Positions 28,101 to 38,250 of a stretch of 64,000 nucleotides of DNA are shown in pieces (position 1 is the stretch's first letter; each line of letters opens with the position of its first letter). The notes under the pieces were generated by a model, which saw nothing but the letters and a program-made list of their open reading frames with translations, made no database searches and was not told the origin of the DNA. The stretch covers positions 50,656,001 to 50,720,000 of the forward strand of contig NC_087436.1 of NCBI RefSeq assembly GCF_036321535.1, in the 5' to 3' direction. A program made the position numbers and the translations under genes. Source of the stretch: Camelus dromedarius (lineage: Eukaryota).

Positions 28101-29829
28101 TCACCATTCTGTGGCTCTTGAGCTGTGTAATCCCCCAAAAGTCACCTACCTTCTCTAACACTCAGTTTCTTCGATTGTAATGTGGAAAAAAATAATAATC
28201 ACATTTAAAGAATTGTTGTGGCTATTATATAAATGGAAATGAAATGCTTGTATACTCAACAGCACTATAGCAACTCAACTATTGTTGAGTTATACCTTGA
28301 AAAGCTAAAATGTTTCATAAAATTTTATTTGTGCCTGTAGGTTCTGACATTATTTCATGCTTTTCGGCTTGATTCTTCCATACGGTCATTAATATTGCTA
28401 TTTGTTGTATTCAAATGCACTCACCTTTTTTAAGCCTCTATTATCTATTTTTTTCATCTGTTTTCAAATCCAGTGCTTCTAGAGGCGCTGTATAGTTGTG
28501 GGATTTTTTTTTTTCCCTGATATATTTTGGATCCTCTGAATCTTGAATTGTTCTAAGAAGAGAAGTATCCACTTAAGTAGTCATTTAACTCATGATGAAA
28601 CCTCCATTTCTCTTAACTTTTTCCTTTTGTCCATTCTTGAAAGGGGTTTGTAATTTTGAAGATTCTTACTATTGGTGCATACCAATAAAGTGACCTTAAC
28701 TTTTCAATGGACGACACAGTCTTCGTACCTCTGGGCTCATCTTTTATATTTAACTTATTTGATAACTCCATTTTCTTTATAAACAAATTCATTTTGGTTT
28801 TGAAGTTATGAAAAGTTCATGGGAAGATACATTTTGATTCTTCTCTCATTCTTAAGTTATACAGTTTATAAGCCCATGTCTCATGTTCAACTAGTCTAAA
28901 GTGTTATAATCAAAAAGCAAATCATAGCCTTCGTCTGCAGTTTAGAAATAAAAATAATTTGGTAGAGAAAACTTTTTAGGACTTCTGAGTTCTGAGTACA
29001 TGAAATATTTCTGAGGATGGTCCTTAAACAATTAGTCCTGGCAACAAAAGGCTAAGTAACCTAAAATGAATAGAATTGATTTTGTTCTTTATGGCTATGG
29101 GTATCAACTAAAATCTGAGCTTTACCTATGATATATTCTAAAAATTAAATTGAAAAGTAAAATTTAAAGATATTTGGAAAGGTGGTGACAACTGGACCCG
29201 TTTTGGTAGAACTAGTCTTTGTCATTAAAAGATAGAATATCTTGGATGTTTTCTAATATAAACTTCTCATTTTACAGATGAGAAAAATGAGGTGCTGAGG
29301 ACAAGTTAGTGGGTGGCAGAATTTGAACCTAAGTCATTATCTGATTCCTTTTTTTTTTGTTAACTGAAGTAGAGTTAGTTTACAACATTGTGTTAATTTC
29401 TGGTGTACAGCATAGTGATTCAGTAATACAGATATATATATTCCTTTTCATATTCTTTTTTGTTATAAGCTATTGTAAGGTATTGAATATAGTTCCCTCT
29501 GCTATACAGTAGGACCTTATTATTTATCTATTTTATATATAGTAGTTAGTATCTGCAAATCCCAAACTCCCAGTTTATCCCTCCACCCCACCTTTCCCCA
29601 CTGGTAACTATAAGTTTGTTTTCTACATCTGTGAGTCTGTTTCTGTTTGTAAATAAGTTCATTTGTGTGTTTTTGTTTTTTTTTAAGATTCCACATACAA
29701 GTTAAATCATATGGTATTTTTCTTTCTCCTTCTGGCTCATTTCACTTAGTATGACAATCTCCAGGTCCATCCATGTTGCTGCAGATGGCATTATTTTATT
29801 CTTTTTTATGGCTGAGTAGTATTCTATTG

Positions 29830-29873
<44 letters not shown>

Positions 29874-32800
29874 TATATATATATATGTGTGTGTATATAT
29901 ATATATCTTCCACAACTTCTTTATCCAGTCATCTGTTGATGGACAATTATCTGATTCCTTATGATGTAGAAACATAACTTCTTTCATGATATAGGAATAG
30001 AACTATATAAATAAGTCAGCTAACCCCTCACATATGCTATCTTTCAACATTTATAAGCTAAGAAGAAATAGAATCTTCACTCTAATAAACATATCAGAAA
30101 TAGTAACTGAAGAAAATAGAGAAACAATGAAATCCCCCATGTCAAAATTCCATACATATATGGAAGTGCAGATCCTTAAAAACGTGTAATTATAAGTGTA
30201 AAAGTGTTCTCCAAAAATATAGATTCTTATTAGTTTATTAAAAAAAAATTCTGTTCAATGTAAATTCTTAAGCACTGTAATGGGTACTGATAAATTGCCT
30301 TCTGAAAAAGGCATTGACAGTTTGTTCTTTTACCAATTAGTGAGAGTTTGCTTACAGTCTTACAAATACTTTGCCTTATTAAAACTTTTTAGTGTTTTTT
30401 CCAATGTGATTGCCCTTTTCCCCGTCCAAATATGGTGGTATATTATTTCAATTTGTGTTTCTCTGATTACTGAGTTGTAACATCTTATGCTTTTTCTTCT
30501 TGTGTGATTACTTGTATATATGCATTGCCCATTTCTCTATTAGGGTTTGTATCTTTTTCTTATTGATTGGCTATTGCTCCTTATTCTGTTACCCATAGTA
30601 CAGGTATTTTCTCCTGATTTGTCACCTTTTTTTAATGGTTTATTTTTCCACAGACATTTTAGTTTTACATGGTCGATTGTGTCAGTCTTTTCCTAGGATG
30701 TTTGTGTTATGTGTTATAAAGTTATGCTTTTATCAGTTAGGGTCTTGTAAGGAAAGAGAAATCACATAGTAACTGGAATAGGGAAAGTTTATTATTAACC
30801 ATCCTGGGAATCCAATAACAAGGGACTGGCTTGTAAGATATAAAGAGACCCATAAATAATATAAGAATAGCAGCTGTAAACTCCTAGGGCTGAGATAAAA
30901 CCTACCCTTCCACGTCGTCACCCCGCCTCACTACTTCCACCCCCAGGGCTGAGAATCCAGACCTTGTTAGAGCCTTGGTTCACTGGGTAGCAGAGAAGTC
31001 ACAGTGGTGCCCTGCCTGCAGAATTTGCTGGAAATCTGTGCTCCAAACTTATGGGAAATCCACCGTCTAGGGTGCATGGGGAGGTATACTGCCCAAGGGA
31101 GTTACTTATGAAACCACCCTAGGAGTAGGCTGGAAGAAGTTGCTGGCCACTGGGTGTTGCTGGCCACCCTGCACTGTAGGGACCTGGCACTTGGGAAACC
31201 ACCGAGACTGCAGGAGCCTGGTGCTGAAGGATCTTGCCAGGAGGAGCCACAGAAACCTGGAAGCGTGCCTTCTCTTGCACTATCTTTCAGTGCCTTCTAC
31301 TGACAAAATTGAATAGGGTGCCAGCTGGCAAAGGAGAAATATTTAAAGAGCCCAGCCCCACTTTCTGCAGAGCAACAAGGAAAGGAGGATTTGGAGCCAA
31401 AAAGCAATAAATTAATAACTGGCACAGCACTTTGTTATACCTGACTTTAATTTTTGTGCATGATTTGAGATAACCATAAACAGTAATTTTTACAAAGACA
31501 CAATAAAATTGGAAACAACTTAAAAGCTTATTAATAAAGAAATGATTGTATAAACCATGGTACTTCTGTACCACAGTTGCAGCAATAATGAGGTACATAT
31601 CTAGACATATGCACTAATATAAGGTCTTTAATTTTACACTGTTGAATGAAAATTAATAAAATTTCAAAGTATGAAATAATATAATAAATATAGTAATATT
31701 AATTATTATAATACACATACACAGATTGTATATTCAGAAAAAGAAGTCCTCCTAAAAGTTACTTTATAAGACTCTTTTCAATTAACATTTATTTGCAAAC
31801 CAACACTAAAGCACCTCATGTAATGTCTTAATTGTGTTAGAAATATTTTTGTGCAATTTTTTGCTCTGTTCTAGCTAACTTCTTATTTATAGGCACTATA
31901 GAGAGATAAAAGCTATCTCAGGTCGAAATGACTCAAATTTCAAATTAGTAAAATTCTTAGAACTCTCAAAGTCATATGATAAAAATTCTTGTGTGTGTGT
32001 GTGTGTTTCCTTTAGGCAGATGTTGAAAAAATTATAGCAGGAGCCTGGTACATCTTTCAGCCCCTTCTCTTTGGATTGATTGGAGCAGAGGTGTCCATTA
32101 CATCTCTCAGACCAGAAACTGTAGGTAAGAATTTTTTTTAATTGAAGTATAGTCAATTTCAATGTGTCAGTTTCTGGTGTGTAGCACAATGTCGCAGTCA
32201 AAATAGTACTTTTGCTAAAATCAACTCTTTTCATATTCAGCTGAAATATCTGTAGTAGGTATATGTTCAGTAGTTCCCATTGTCATAATTATCTAAAAAT
32301 TTAATAATGATCTAAGTCTCTTAGAGTAGTTAGAAAATAATGTCTGTCAACCTAAAACAGTAAATTTTATATCTTTAATATTGTTCCTTGTAAAGAAAGT
32401 GACACTGCTAACTAGCATCAAGAAAATGCAGGCCTGAACATTTTTTTTCAAGGATAAGAATGTCCATCTGGCCTTATCCTGATCAAGGGCCAGAATTTTA
32501 AAGATAACTAGTGGGTCCTATAATATATACCCATGGAACAGAAATGTTTATTTGTTCATTCATTCTTTTATTCATTCACCCATTCAAAATCCATCATGTT
32601 AAAACTCTCTTAATTCATAACACTACACAGAAAAATTTAATTTACACACGTATACTCATAGTTTTCTCCTTTCCTCACATCACAGTATTCTTCCATCCAC
32701 ACTAGGGATCCCATCCCCTGCCAACTCCTGGATCTCATGCACAGATTCTGCCCTTTTTCTCATGTGTCTTCAAATATCCTTGTCACAGCTCTCTCCTCTT

Positions 32801-35800
32801 CAGAAGTTAAACAGACTTTAATCTCTCCCATCTTAAACAATGTCCTTCCATTCTGATACATGCTATAACGTGGATGAACCTTGAGGGCATTACACTAAGT
32901 AAAAGAAGCTGGTCACAAAAAGGGAAATACTGTGATTCTGTTTATGTGAGGTAACCAGAGTAGTCAAATTTATAGAAACAGAAAGTAGAATGTGGTTGCT
33001 AGGGGATTGTGGGAGGGGGAAATGGGATTTGTTATTTAATGGGTCCAGCATTTCAGTTTTACAATATGAAAACTTTCTGGATATTTGTTGCACAAAAATG
33101 TGAATGTTTAACTTAAGGCTTACTGACGTGTACATATAAAAATGGTTATGCTGGTAAGTTTTGTTGTGTGTTTTATCACAATCAAAATTTAAATAAATAT
33201 GCACACACACACACATATAAAGGATATATATATTTGAAAGATGATACTTTCCTGCTATTAAAGCAAATATATATCCATTTCACTTCCCCCCTCACCTATC
33301 ACTCTCTATATTCCTCCTTTCAAATTTTTCCTAAAAGGGTACCTATATTCCCCTTTTCCACTTCAGCTCTCATCCTCTTCCTCAGGTCATTTTAGTTTAG
33401 CTTCTGCCCCATCACACAGCCAACCCTGCTCTCACCAAGGCTGTAGTACTAAATCCACTGAATACTTATCAGTCTTTATTTTACCTGACCTTTCAGCAGC
33501 ATTTGCTGCTCCTGACCACTTTAAAACATATTCACATTGAATTCTGGAACTTCATATTTCCCAGTGCCTTTTGAGTCTTCCATTACACCATATGTGGCTT
33601 AAATGCCTCTCCTCCTCAGAGTTCTTTGCAGAGCTTTCTATGCTTCTCTCTCTTTATCACTTCTCTGAGCCCATCTACACTCAGTGACTTTGATTAAAAA
33701 CTATGTAATTCCAAAACCTTTGTCTCTAAATCTATATATCCAATGGCTGATTGGACATCACCCCTTGTAAAATCCCACAAAACTTCAGAGTCAATGTGTC
33801 TAAAACTTCCTCATCATCTTCTCGCCAAACCTTTAGTGTTCCCTCCTGGGAATGGTATCATCTCCTTTGCATCTTGTACTTCAGCAACAAATACTTTCGA
33901 AAGTCCACCAACCTGTGAGAAGTATCCTCCAACAGAAAACCACAAAACTTTTCTGTAAAGAAATCATACTGCAGATTTACAGTAGAGCCCCCAGCAATGT
34001 CTGTCACTGGTACCAGCCAAATAACTTGAGAAAGTTACTTATCCCTTTTGAACTTCATTTTTTTTTCAGCTGTAAAATGAAAGTAAGTACCCCACAGGTT
34101 GTAAGGATTAAATAAATTAATATACTTGAAGTTTAATGGAGAATCTGGCACAGTGTAAACAAATGTTACCTTTTTAAAAATCATCCTGTTACTTACCAGT
34201 CCCCTCAACAGTGCCCTTCTCAGGTTCAGTGGCCTGCAGCAGCCAAGTTACAATCCTTTATTTTGCGAATCAGGATGCCCTTATCTTTATCAGCAAAGTG
34301 TTCTAAATGCTGACTGAATGAAGTAGCTGTACAGGACAGCCGGGGTTAACAGGCTGTCGCTGTACACACCAGTATGATGAAACAGGTGTGGGCTGCCAGT
34401 GTCTATTGTGATTGGGTCAGTGCACCACCAGCTCTGTTCTGGTTGGCTGATTGCCTCCATACTGGCTCATAAATATTTTGAGTATTACCTCTGAGCTTAT
34501 ACTCTGTAAATAATTCTTGACCACTTTGGTGAAAATATTAATTTTTTTCCTCTTCTATGCCCTCTTACCAGTATGTTCATGCTGCCCTTATTTTATAGTG
34601 TATTAATTAGTTGTTTATGTTCCTGTCTTCCTGTCTTTGAAGTTCATAGAGGCAGAGTCTGTACATTATGCGTTTTTGTATACTGGTACTTAGTCCACAT
34701 ACTGCCATGAATAGTCATCATTTAACAAATCCGTGTTAAGTAAGCACATGAAAGAAAGTATGGTTCTTGCTATAATGCATAAAAGAAGTTACACTCAAAT
34801 CTCCTTTGTAGAAATTCAAATACATTTCTGTTTGTAATCTAGGGGAATACTCTAGTTTCTCTTCAGATCAAATAGATCTTTTGCCTTTTACTTTAAAAAA
34901 AAACTAGGGGAAATACTTTCTTCTAAACAATTGTCTATTGATCCTTAATATTGATGTTTTGATAAATGATGCCTAGCCATTTTGTCTCTTTAACTTTTAA
35001 ATGTTTTTAGATTTCAGTTGAAAGAATTTCGAGTCAATAACCATGACATTCAGTTTTTCACCCAGTATTTCATTATGTCTAAAAATTGAATACTTCTTAC
35101 AGGCCTTTGTGTTGCCACCCTGGGCATTGCAGTATTGATACGAATTCTGACTACATATCTGATGGTGTGTTTTGCTGGTTTTAACATAAAGGAAAAGATA
35201 TTTATTTCTTTTGCATGGCTTCCTAAGGCCACAGTCCAGGTAATGATGGATTTTAATTCCTATTTTATATGATACCTTGAAATTTTGAATAAAAGTCTTG
35301 TTCAAATTTGGTGAAAATAAGTAAATGGAATTTGATTTATGAAAAGAATTTATACTAGTCTACTCTTTAAAAGTTGTATTTTTGGTGTATTGATTCCTTA
35401 AATATGACAGCTCATTTAAGTTTCTTTAGCTCATCAGAGTACAATTAAAACCCCAATAAATCTCTGTACTACTAGAAAGCAGTAGTAGCAGGAGGGAAGA
35501 GTTTGGATTTTTACCAGTCAGAGCTCTCTGAATCATCCAGAGAGATAGTTATTAACTCATTTCATTTCAATATCTTCAAAGAAGAGAGTGAAACAGAAAT
35601 AGCATGGCCCATCTTAGCATTAGAAGATACTTCAGTGTCAATATGATTGATGATCTGTTATGCTTGACCACAGCCTTTATATATAATGGAGAAAGATTTG
35701 TTGAGAGACAACTCAGAAAATACTTCATTTCCTAGATTATTAGTTGATATTAAATTTTTCAAATCAGCTGAGCCTCCTGCCAAATGTCTCAATCCCGTGA

Positions 35801-38250
35801 CCCAAAATTTGTGCACTCTAAGGAACAAGGCACTAACAGACAGGTGCCTGAAAGGATTGCCCAGGTGTTTGGTAGCATATCTATAATTGCTGATTAAACT
35901 AGAACTATAGAGGTTATCATTTGTTGCAAATGTAACATATCCCTGATTGTACTGTGTATTTCTGACTAATTATAGCAAACGGGATTTAACTGTTTTATCC
36001 TTGATTATTTTGCAGTTATTTAAATCTGTAAATTTCTGGTTCATGAAATGAAAATCAGATGTTCTTAATTTAGGAAGCTTAAAAGGTTGTGTATGCTGCT
36101 CTGTAACTATATTCCAGATTTTGTGTGTCTGTGGAGTTAGTTATTATTCCAGAGAAGTTTTTCTTTCAATCTTTCAAAAGTGTCTGAGACATAGTGGCCA
36201 AAAATGCTGTGAGGTTAATATAATACATAAGTGGAATAGTTTCTCCCTCACAATGTCTCCAGCCTCCACACTACTTCCGATAACTTTAGTAGGTAAATAT
36301 CAAAATAATCACTCTAGTAACTTTGGTATGAAAGATTCGTTTCTAAGTGTGAAAATTTGAAAGATGGTACTTTCCTGCTAGTAAAGCAAATTTTAAAATG
36401 GAGGAGGGGGAGGTAATAGCTCAGTGGTAGAGTGCTTGCTTAGCATGCATGCGTCCTGGGTTCAAGCCCCAGTACCTCCATTAAAAAAAAAAATGGAATA
36501 AAATAAAATGAGGAGAAATTATCTAGGATGTGTTGAATAATACATGTTCTTGAGCAAGTATTGTATAAAATTTTCTTTTTTCTTTGTTTACCATTGCACA
36601 AGAAACAAGACTTTCTTTTGTATTTTTTTCCATATTAATGTTCTTCAAACTTTTTCTCTATGACCTATTATAAGAAACATATTTTAAAGGACAACTCAGA
36701 AAACATACAAATGCCAAAATATACACATACACATTTATACACACAACAGAGAACTGAAAGAGAAATATACATTGTGATGTGTGCAGTTCTTGCTGAGAAC
36801 TCATAAAATGTTGACTTTGTTATGGTATTAGGTAACCTGCAATAACAGAGAGCCTTCAAACACTGGGACTAAGTGAGATAGGTTTTTATTTCTCCCCCAA
36901 GCAACAGTCAAGCATGGGCATTCCAGAGCTGGCACGGTGACCGCGGTCCTCAGCATGTGCCTTCCATCCGTGAGTCCAGCTTTCACCATTTCTCATCCAA
37001 TGGGAAGGGGGAAAAGGATAAGGTAGTAGTGTCCATTTCTTTCCAGGGAATGATGACAAGTAGCATTTTTCACTTTCACTCACCTCACAGTGGCCAGAAC
37101 TTAGATACATAGCTTCAACTAGTTGCAAAGAAGGCTGAAAAAAGGTCTCTAGTTGTACAGCAGTGTGACCAGCTAAAATTCAGGAGTTCTATTAAAGAAG
37201 GGAAAACGGGCATTCAGATATTTTTGGGCAATCAGTAGTCTCAGCCATTGCATCTCATCCACACTGATACTTTCTGTTCTGTGTCAGTGTCCTAGAGGCC
37301 AGCCTTGTTGCATTCTGTGGAATAAGGGGATAACCAGATTGATTGACATATTTTTTCCCATGTGTACTGATAATTTTGCATTTTGTCTCTAAAAGAAAAT
37401 AAGTTTTTATAACACTTTCCAGTAGGTAAATTTTAAATAAAACATTTCACCAACTCCTAAGGCAAAGAGTTAACCAAATATCTAACAAGATTAACTTCAA
37501 GTTTTAAAGGTACCTACCACTTTCAAGTTTCTGGATGTTTAACAATGAGTTTAAGCTCTAAAGCAAAAGATAGTCTCGTGTTTTTTCAGTTAAAACTTCA
37601 CCATCTTGCAGTAAATAACACTGCATTTTTTTCATCTTGTTCTTTCATAATTCCAAATTCCTAAAGAGGAAAGAATGAGATGACCGGTAACATTCATCTT
37701 TACGCTGGAGGAATTTAGCATGTAGAATCATGTTATAGTTAACTAATATCTGAAATCAGTATTTGCCTGTGTTTTGAAATATATTTGCCTGATATTTTTG
37801 CAACTTCACCTTATGCAAACAGGTACATATGAATCATTCTTTCCTGATGCAAGGGCAGAGAGAGCTTTCAGATCAGCAAAACCAACCTTAGTACAGTTGG
37901 AAAGAAGACAAATAGAACTTTCTTAGTTGAGCAAAAGAACAAGACATTTGTTTCTACAAATGATAAAATAACACCTTTTTTCTATGTGCTTGTCTTACCA
38001 TGCTTCCAATTTTACCTTTAAACTTTTATAGGCTGCAATAGGATCTGTGGCTTTGGACACAGCAAGAGCACATGGAGACAAACAGTTAGAAGAATATGGA
38101 ATGGATGTGTTGACAGTGGCGTTTTTGTCCATCCTCATCACAGCCCCAATTGGAAGTCTGCTTATTGGTTTGCTAGGCCCCAGGCTTCTCCAGAAAGCTG
38201 AACGTCACAATAAAGACGAAGAAGATGAGATAAAGTCCACCCGATTTTAG
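7041..38250 (+). CDS. SLC9B2: SLC9B2 / NHA2 sodium-proton antiporter, complete spliced CDS: join(7041-7130,7780-7960,13716-13886,16123-16265,17126-17253,18464-18639,22271-22377,24118-24267,32016-32124,35103-35239,38032-38250), 536 aa
   Basis: Manual splicing: 11 exons (90,181,171,143,128,176,107,150,109,137,219 nt = 1611 nt), all AG/GT-bounded, phases compatible, no internal stop. Translation matches NHA2 (MGNEDK..., CPPHGLLDRVITN, GSFDDILAITGF, WLPKATVQAAIG). Confidence 0.97.
7780..7960 (+). CDS. SLC9B2: SLC9B2 coding exon 2: EETVKNPRS...IFACPPHGLLDRVITN
   Basis: cacag| acceptor, ACG|gtatgt donor, 181 nt open. Confidence 0.95.
9617..10315 (+). mobile_element. LINE-1 3' fragment (ORF2 end plus 3'UTR)
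   Basis: IFIAALFIISKTWKQPKCPS peptide; ends aaatcaactatacttca plus A-run. Confidence 0.92.
12153..12210 (+). mobile_element. Tiny L1 3' tail
   Basis: tacacctgaaactaacgttgtaaataaactacacttcaataaaaaaaa; imperfect TSD aaagctga(a/g)ca. Confidence 0.8.
12739..12990. mobile_element. L1 3' end with internal inversion
   Basis: Minus-strand 3'UTR 12739-12877 joined to plus-strand tail 12878-12990; TSD taacagaaat(g/a)cctc at 12724-12738 and 12991-13005. Confidence 0.88.
13187..13286 (-). mobile_element. tRNA-Ala-derived SINE (Vic-1-like, camelid), slightly 5'-truncated
   Basis: Reverse complement gctcagtggtagaatgtgtgcttagcatgcacgagatcctgggttcaatccccagtgcctc followed by (aaat)n and a C-run. Confidence 0.85.
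13716..13886 (+). CDS. SLC9B2: SLC9B2 coding exon 3: VTMVVLLWAVVWSITGSECLPGGNLFG...LPPLPPLL
   Basis: tttcag| acceptor, TGG|gtaagt donor, hydrophobic TM segments. Confidence 0.96.
13988..14783. mobile_element. hAT DNA transposon relic (MER63-like)
   Basis: Repeated gagccagttgtt-like motifs; terminus gttaagcatttaccaggacacctgg. Confidence 0.55.
15360..15870. mobile_element. Cluster of hAT-Charlie elements: MER58-like (15360-15549) and two MER5-like (15558-15870)
   Basis: ggttggcaaacta...tggcccacaaagcctaaaat; cagtgcttctcaagctt...ggggtggggcctgag; ccaggtgattctaatatgca. Confidence 0.75.
16123..16265 (+). CDS. SLC9B2: SLC9B2 coding exon 4: GMLLAGFLIRNIP...LVRAGLGLDSN
   Basis: ttctag| acceptor, AAT|gtatga donor, 143 nt open. 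Confidence 0.95.
16790..16990 (+). mobile_element. MIR SINE
   Basis: Degenerate MIR core (agactgtggaatcagac...caaggactaaata). Confidence 0.65.
17126..17253 (+). CDS. SLC9B2: SLC9B2 coding exon 5: ALKKLKGVCVRLSMGPCLVEAC...LPWQWGFLL (E215 at 17183-17185)
   Basis: tttcag| acceptor, TGGG|gtaatg donor. Confidence 0.96.
17755..17990 (+). mobile_element. MIR SINE
   Basis: ttcaaatcccagctct...tctctgtgcctcagttt...gggttgttgtgagaattaaat. Confidence 0.85.
18464..18639 (+). CDS. SLC9B2: SLC9B2 coding exon 6: GFVLGAVSPAVVVPSM...GSFDDILAITGFNTCLGMAFST (ion-binding D278-D279 at 18582-18587)
   Basis: Frame requires the acceptor gcttag ending 18463; donor CAG|gtaaac; CPA2 DD motif. Confidence 0.96.
19067..19399 (-). 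mobile_element. CpG-rich solo LTR, 333 bp
   Basis: TGTA...TACA termini; 5-bp flanks gtgta/gggta (1 mismatch); minus-strand AATAAA at 19154-19159. Confidence 0.7.
20662..21468 (-). mobile_element. ERV1-class LTR (MER34/MER39-like) interrupted by an L1 tail
   Basis: aaaataatctttatgccacagtggcatagtttggggtgacatat terminus; family from memory. Confidence 0.6.
21127..21340 (+). mobile_element. L1 3' tail nested in the LTR
   Basis: Perfect 13-bp TSD aaaagcaaatagg (21114-21126 / 21341-21353); poly-A; internal (TG)n. Confidence 0.92.
22271..22377 (+). CDS. SLC9B2: SLC9B2 coding exon 7: GSTVFNVLKGVLEVIIG...YFPSGDQ
   Basis: ttttag| acceptor, CAG|gtaaga donor. Confidence 0.96.
24118..24267 (+). CDS. 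SLC9B2: SLC9B2 coding exon 8: DKLVWKRAFLILGLSVLAVF...GFPGSGGLCTLVMAFLAGKGWASQK
   Basis: Acceptor ctcctcaag| (AAG type), donor AAG|gtgaat; overlaps ORF 24127..24309. Confidence 0.95.
26918..27102. mobile_element. MER5A-like DNA transposon
   Basis: tagtttctcaaacttgagcatacgtcagaatcacctg...gggaccacacattgtgaaccactg. Confidence 0.85.
27500..28270. mobile_element. Cluster of three MIR fragments
   Basis: MIR cores at ~27500-27630 (-), 27810-28030 (+) and 28070-28270 (+). Confidence 0.65.
29351..29945 (-). mobile_element. 5'-truncated L1 inserted in a MIR; contains a compound (TA)/(TG) microsatellite at 29829-29907
   Basis: Perfect 15-bp TSD attatctgattcctt (29336-29350 / 29946-29960); poly-T; ORF2 end. 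Confidence 0.95.
30731..31425 (-). mobile_element. ERVL-class LTR (MER54/MER74-like)
   Basis: GC-richer block ending gcaataaattaataactggcaca; family from memory. Confidence 0.55.
32016..32124 (+). CDS. SLC9B2: SLC9B2 coding exon 9: ADVEKIIAGAWYIFQPLLFGLIGAEVSITSLRPETV
   Basis: ctttag| acceptor, TAG|gtaaga donor. Confidence 0.96.
32131..32200 (-). mobile_element. ~70-bp L1 3' tail just after a splice donor
   Basis: tttttttttaattgaagtatagtcaatt...tttctggtgtgtagcacaatg, the same tail family as other copies in the window. Confidence 0.85.
32849..33198 (+). mobile_element. L1MB-like 3' end nested in L2-derived sequence (~32700-33900)
   Basis: catgctataacgtggatgaaccttgag...gaaagtagaatgtggttgctaggg...ttttatcacaat. 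Confidence 0.8.
35103..35239 (+). CDS. SLC9B2: SLC9B2 coding exon 10: GLCVATLGIAVLIRILTT...FAWLPKATVQ (R432 at 35141-35143)
   Basis: ttacag| acceptor, CAG|gtaatg donor. Confidence 0.96.
36407..36503 (+). mobile_element. tRNA-Ala-derived SINE (Vic-1-like, camelid)
   Basis: A box tagctcagtgg, B box ggttcaagcc, cttagcat anticodon-loop relic, A-tail; TSD taaaatg(g)aggag at 36394-36406 / 36504-36515. Confidence 0.9.
36820..37250 (-). mobile_element. Old MaLR LTR (MLT1-type)
   Basis: tggccagaacttagatacatagc...gcaaagaaggctgaaaaa motif. Confidence 0.6.
38032..38250 (+). CDS. SLC9B2: SLC9B2 last coding exon: AAIGSVALDTAR...LLQKAERHNKDEEDEIKSTRF*
   Basis: ttatag| acceptor, TAG stop 38248-38250; overlaps ORF 38047..38250. 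Confidence 0.96.
   Translation, partial: AAIGSVALDTARAHGDKQLEEYGMDVLTVAFLSILITAPIGSLLIGLLGPRLLQKAERHNKDEEDEIKSTRF

Noticed and set aside
28471..28491. CTCF-like ttctagaggcgctg
   Set aside because: The core is one base short and the 5' half mismatches
36407..36480. Apparent tRNA-Ala gene
   Set aside because: Imperfect stems, an A-rich tail and a TSD identify a SINE
38209..38214. AATAAA in the last coding exon
   Set aside because: It encodes Asn-Lys; no GU-rich downstream element, and use would give a non-stop mRNA
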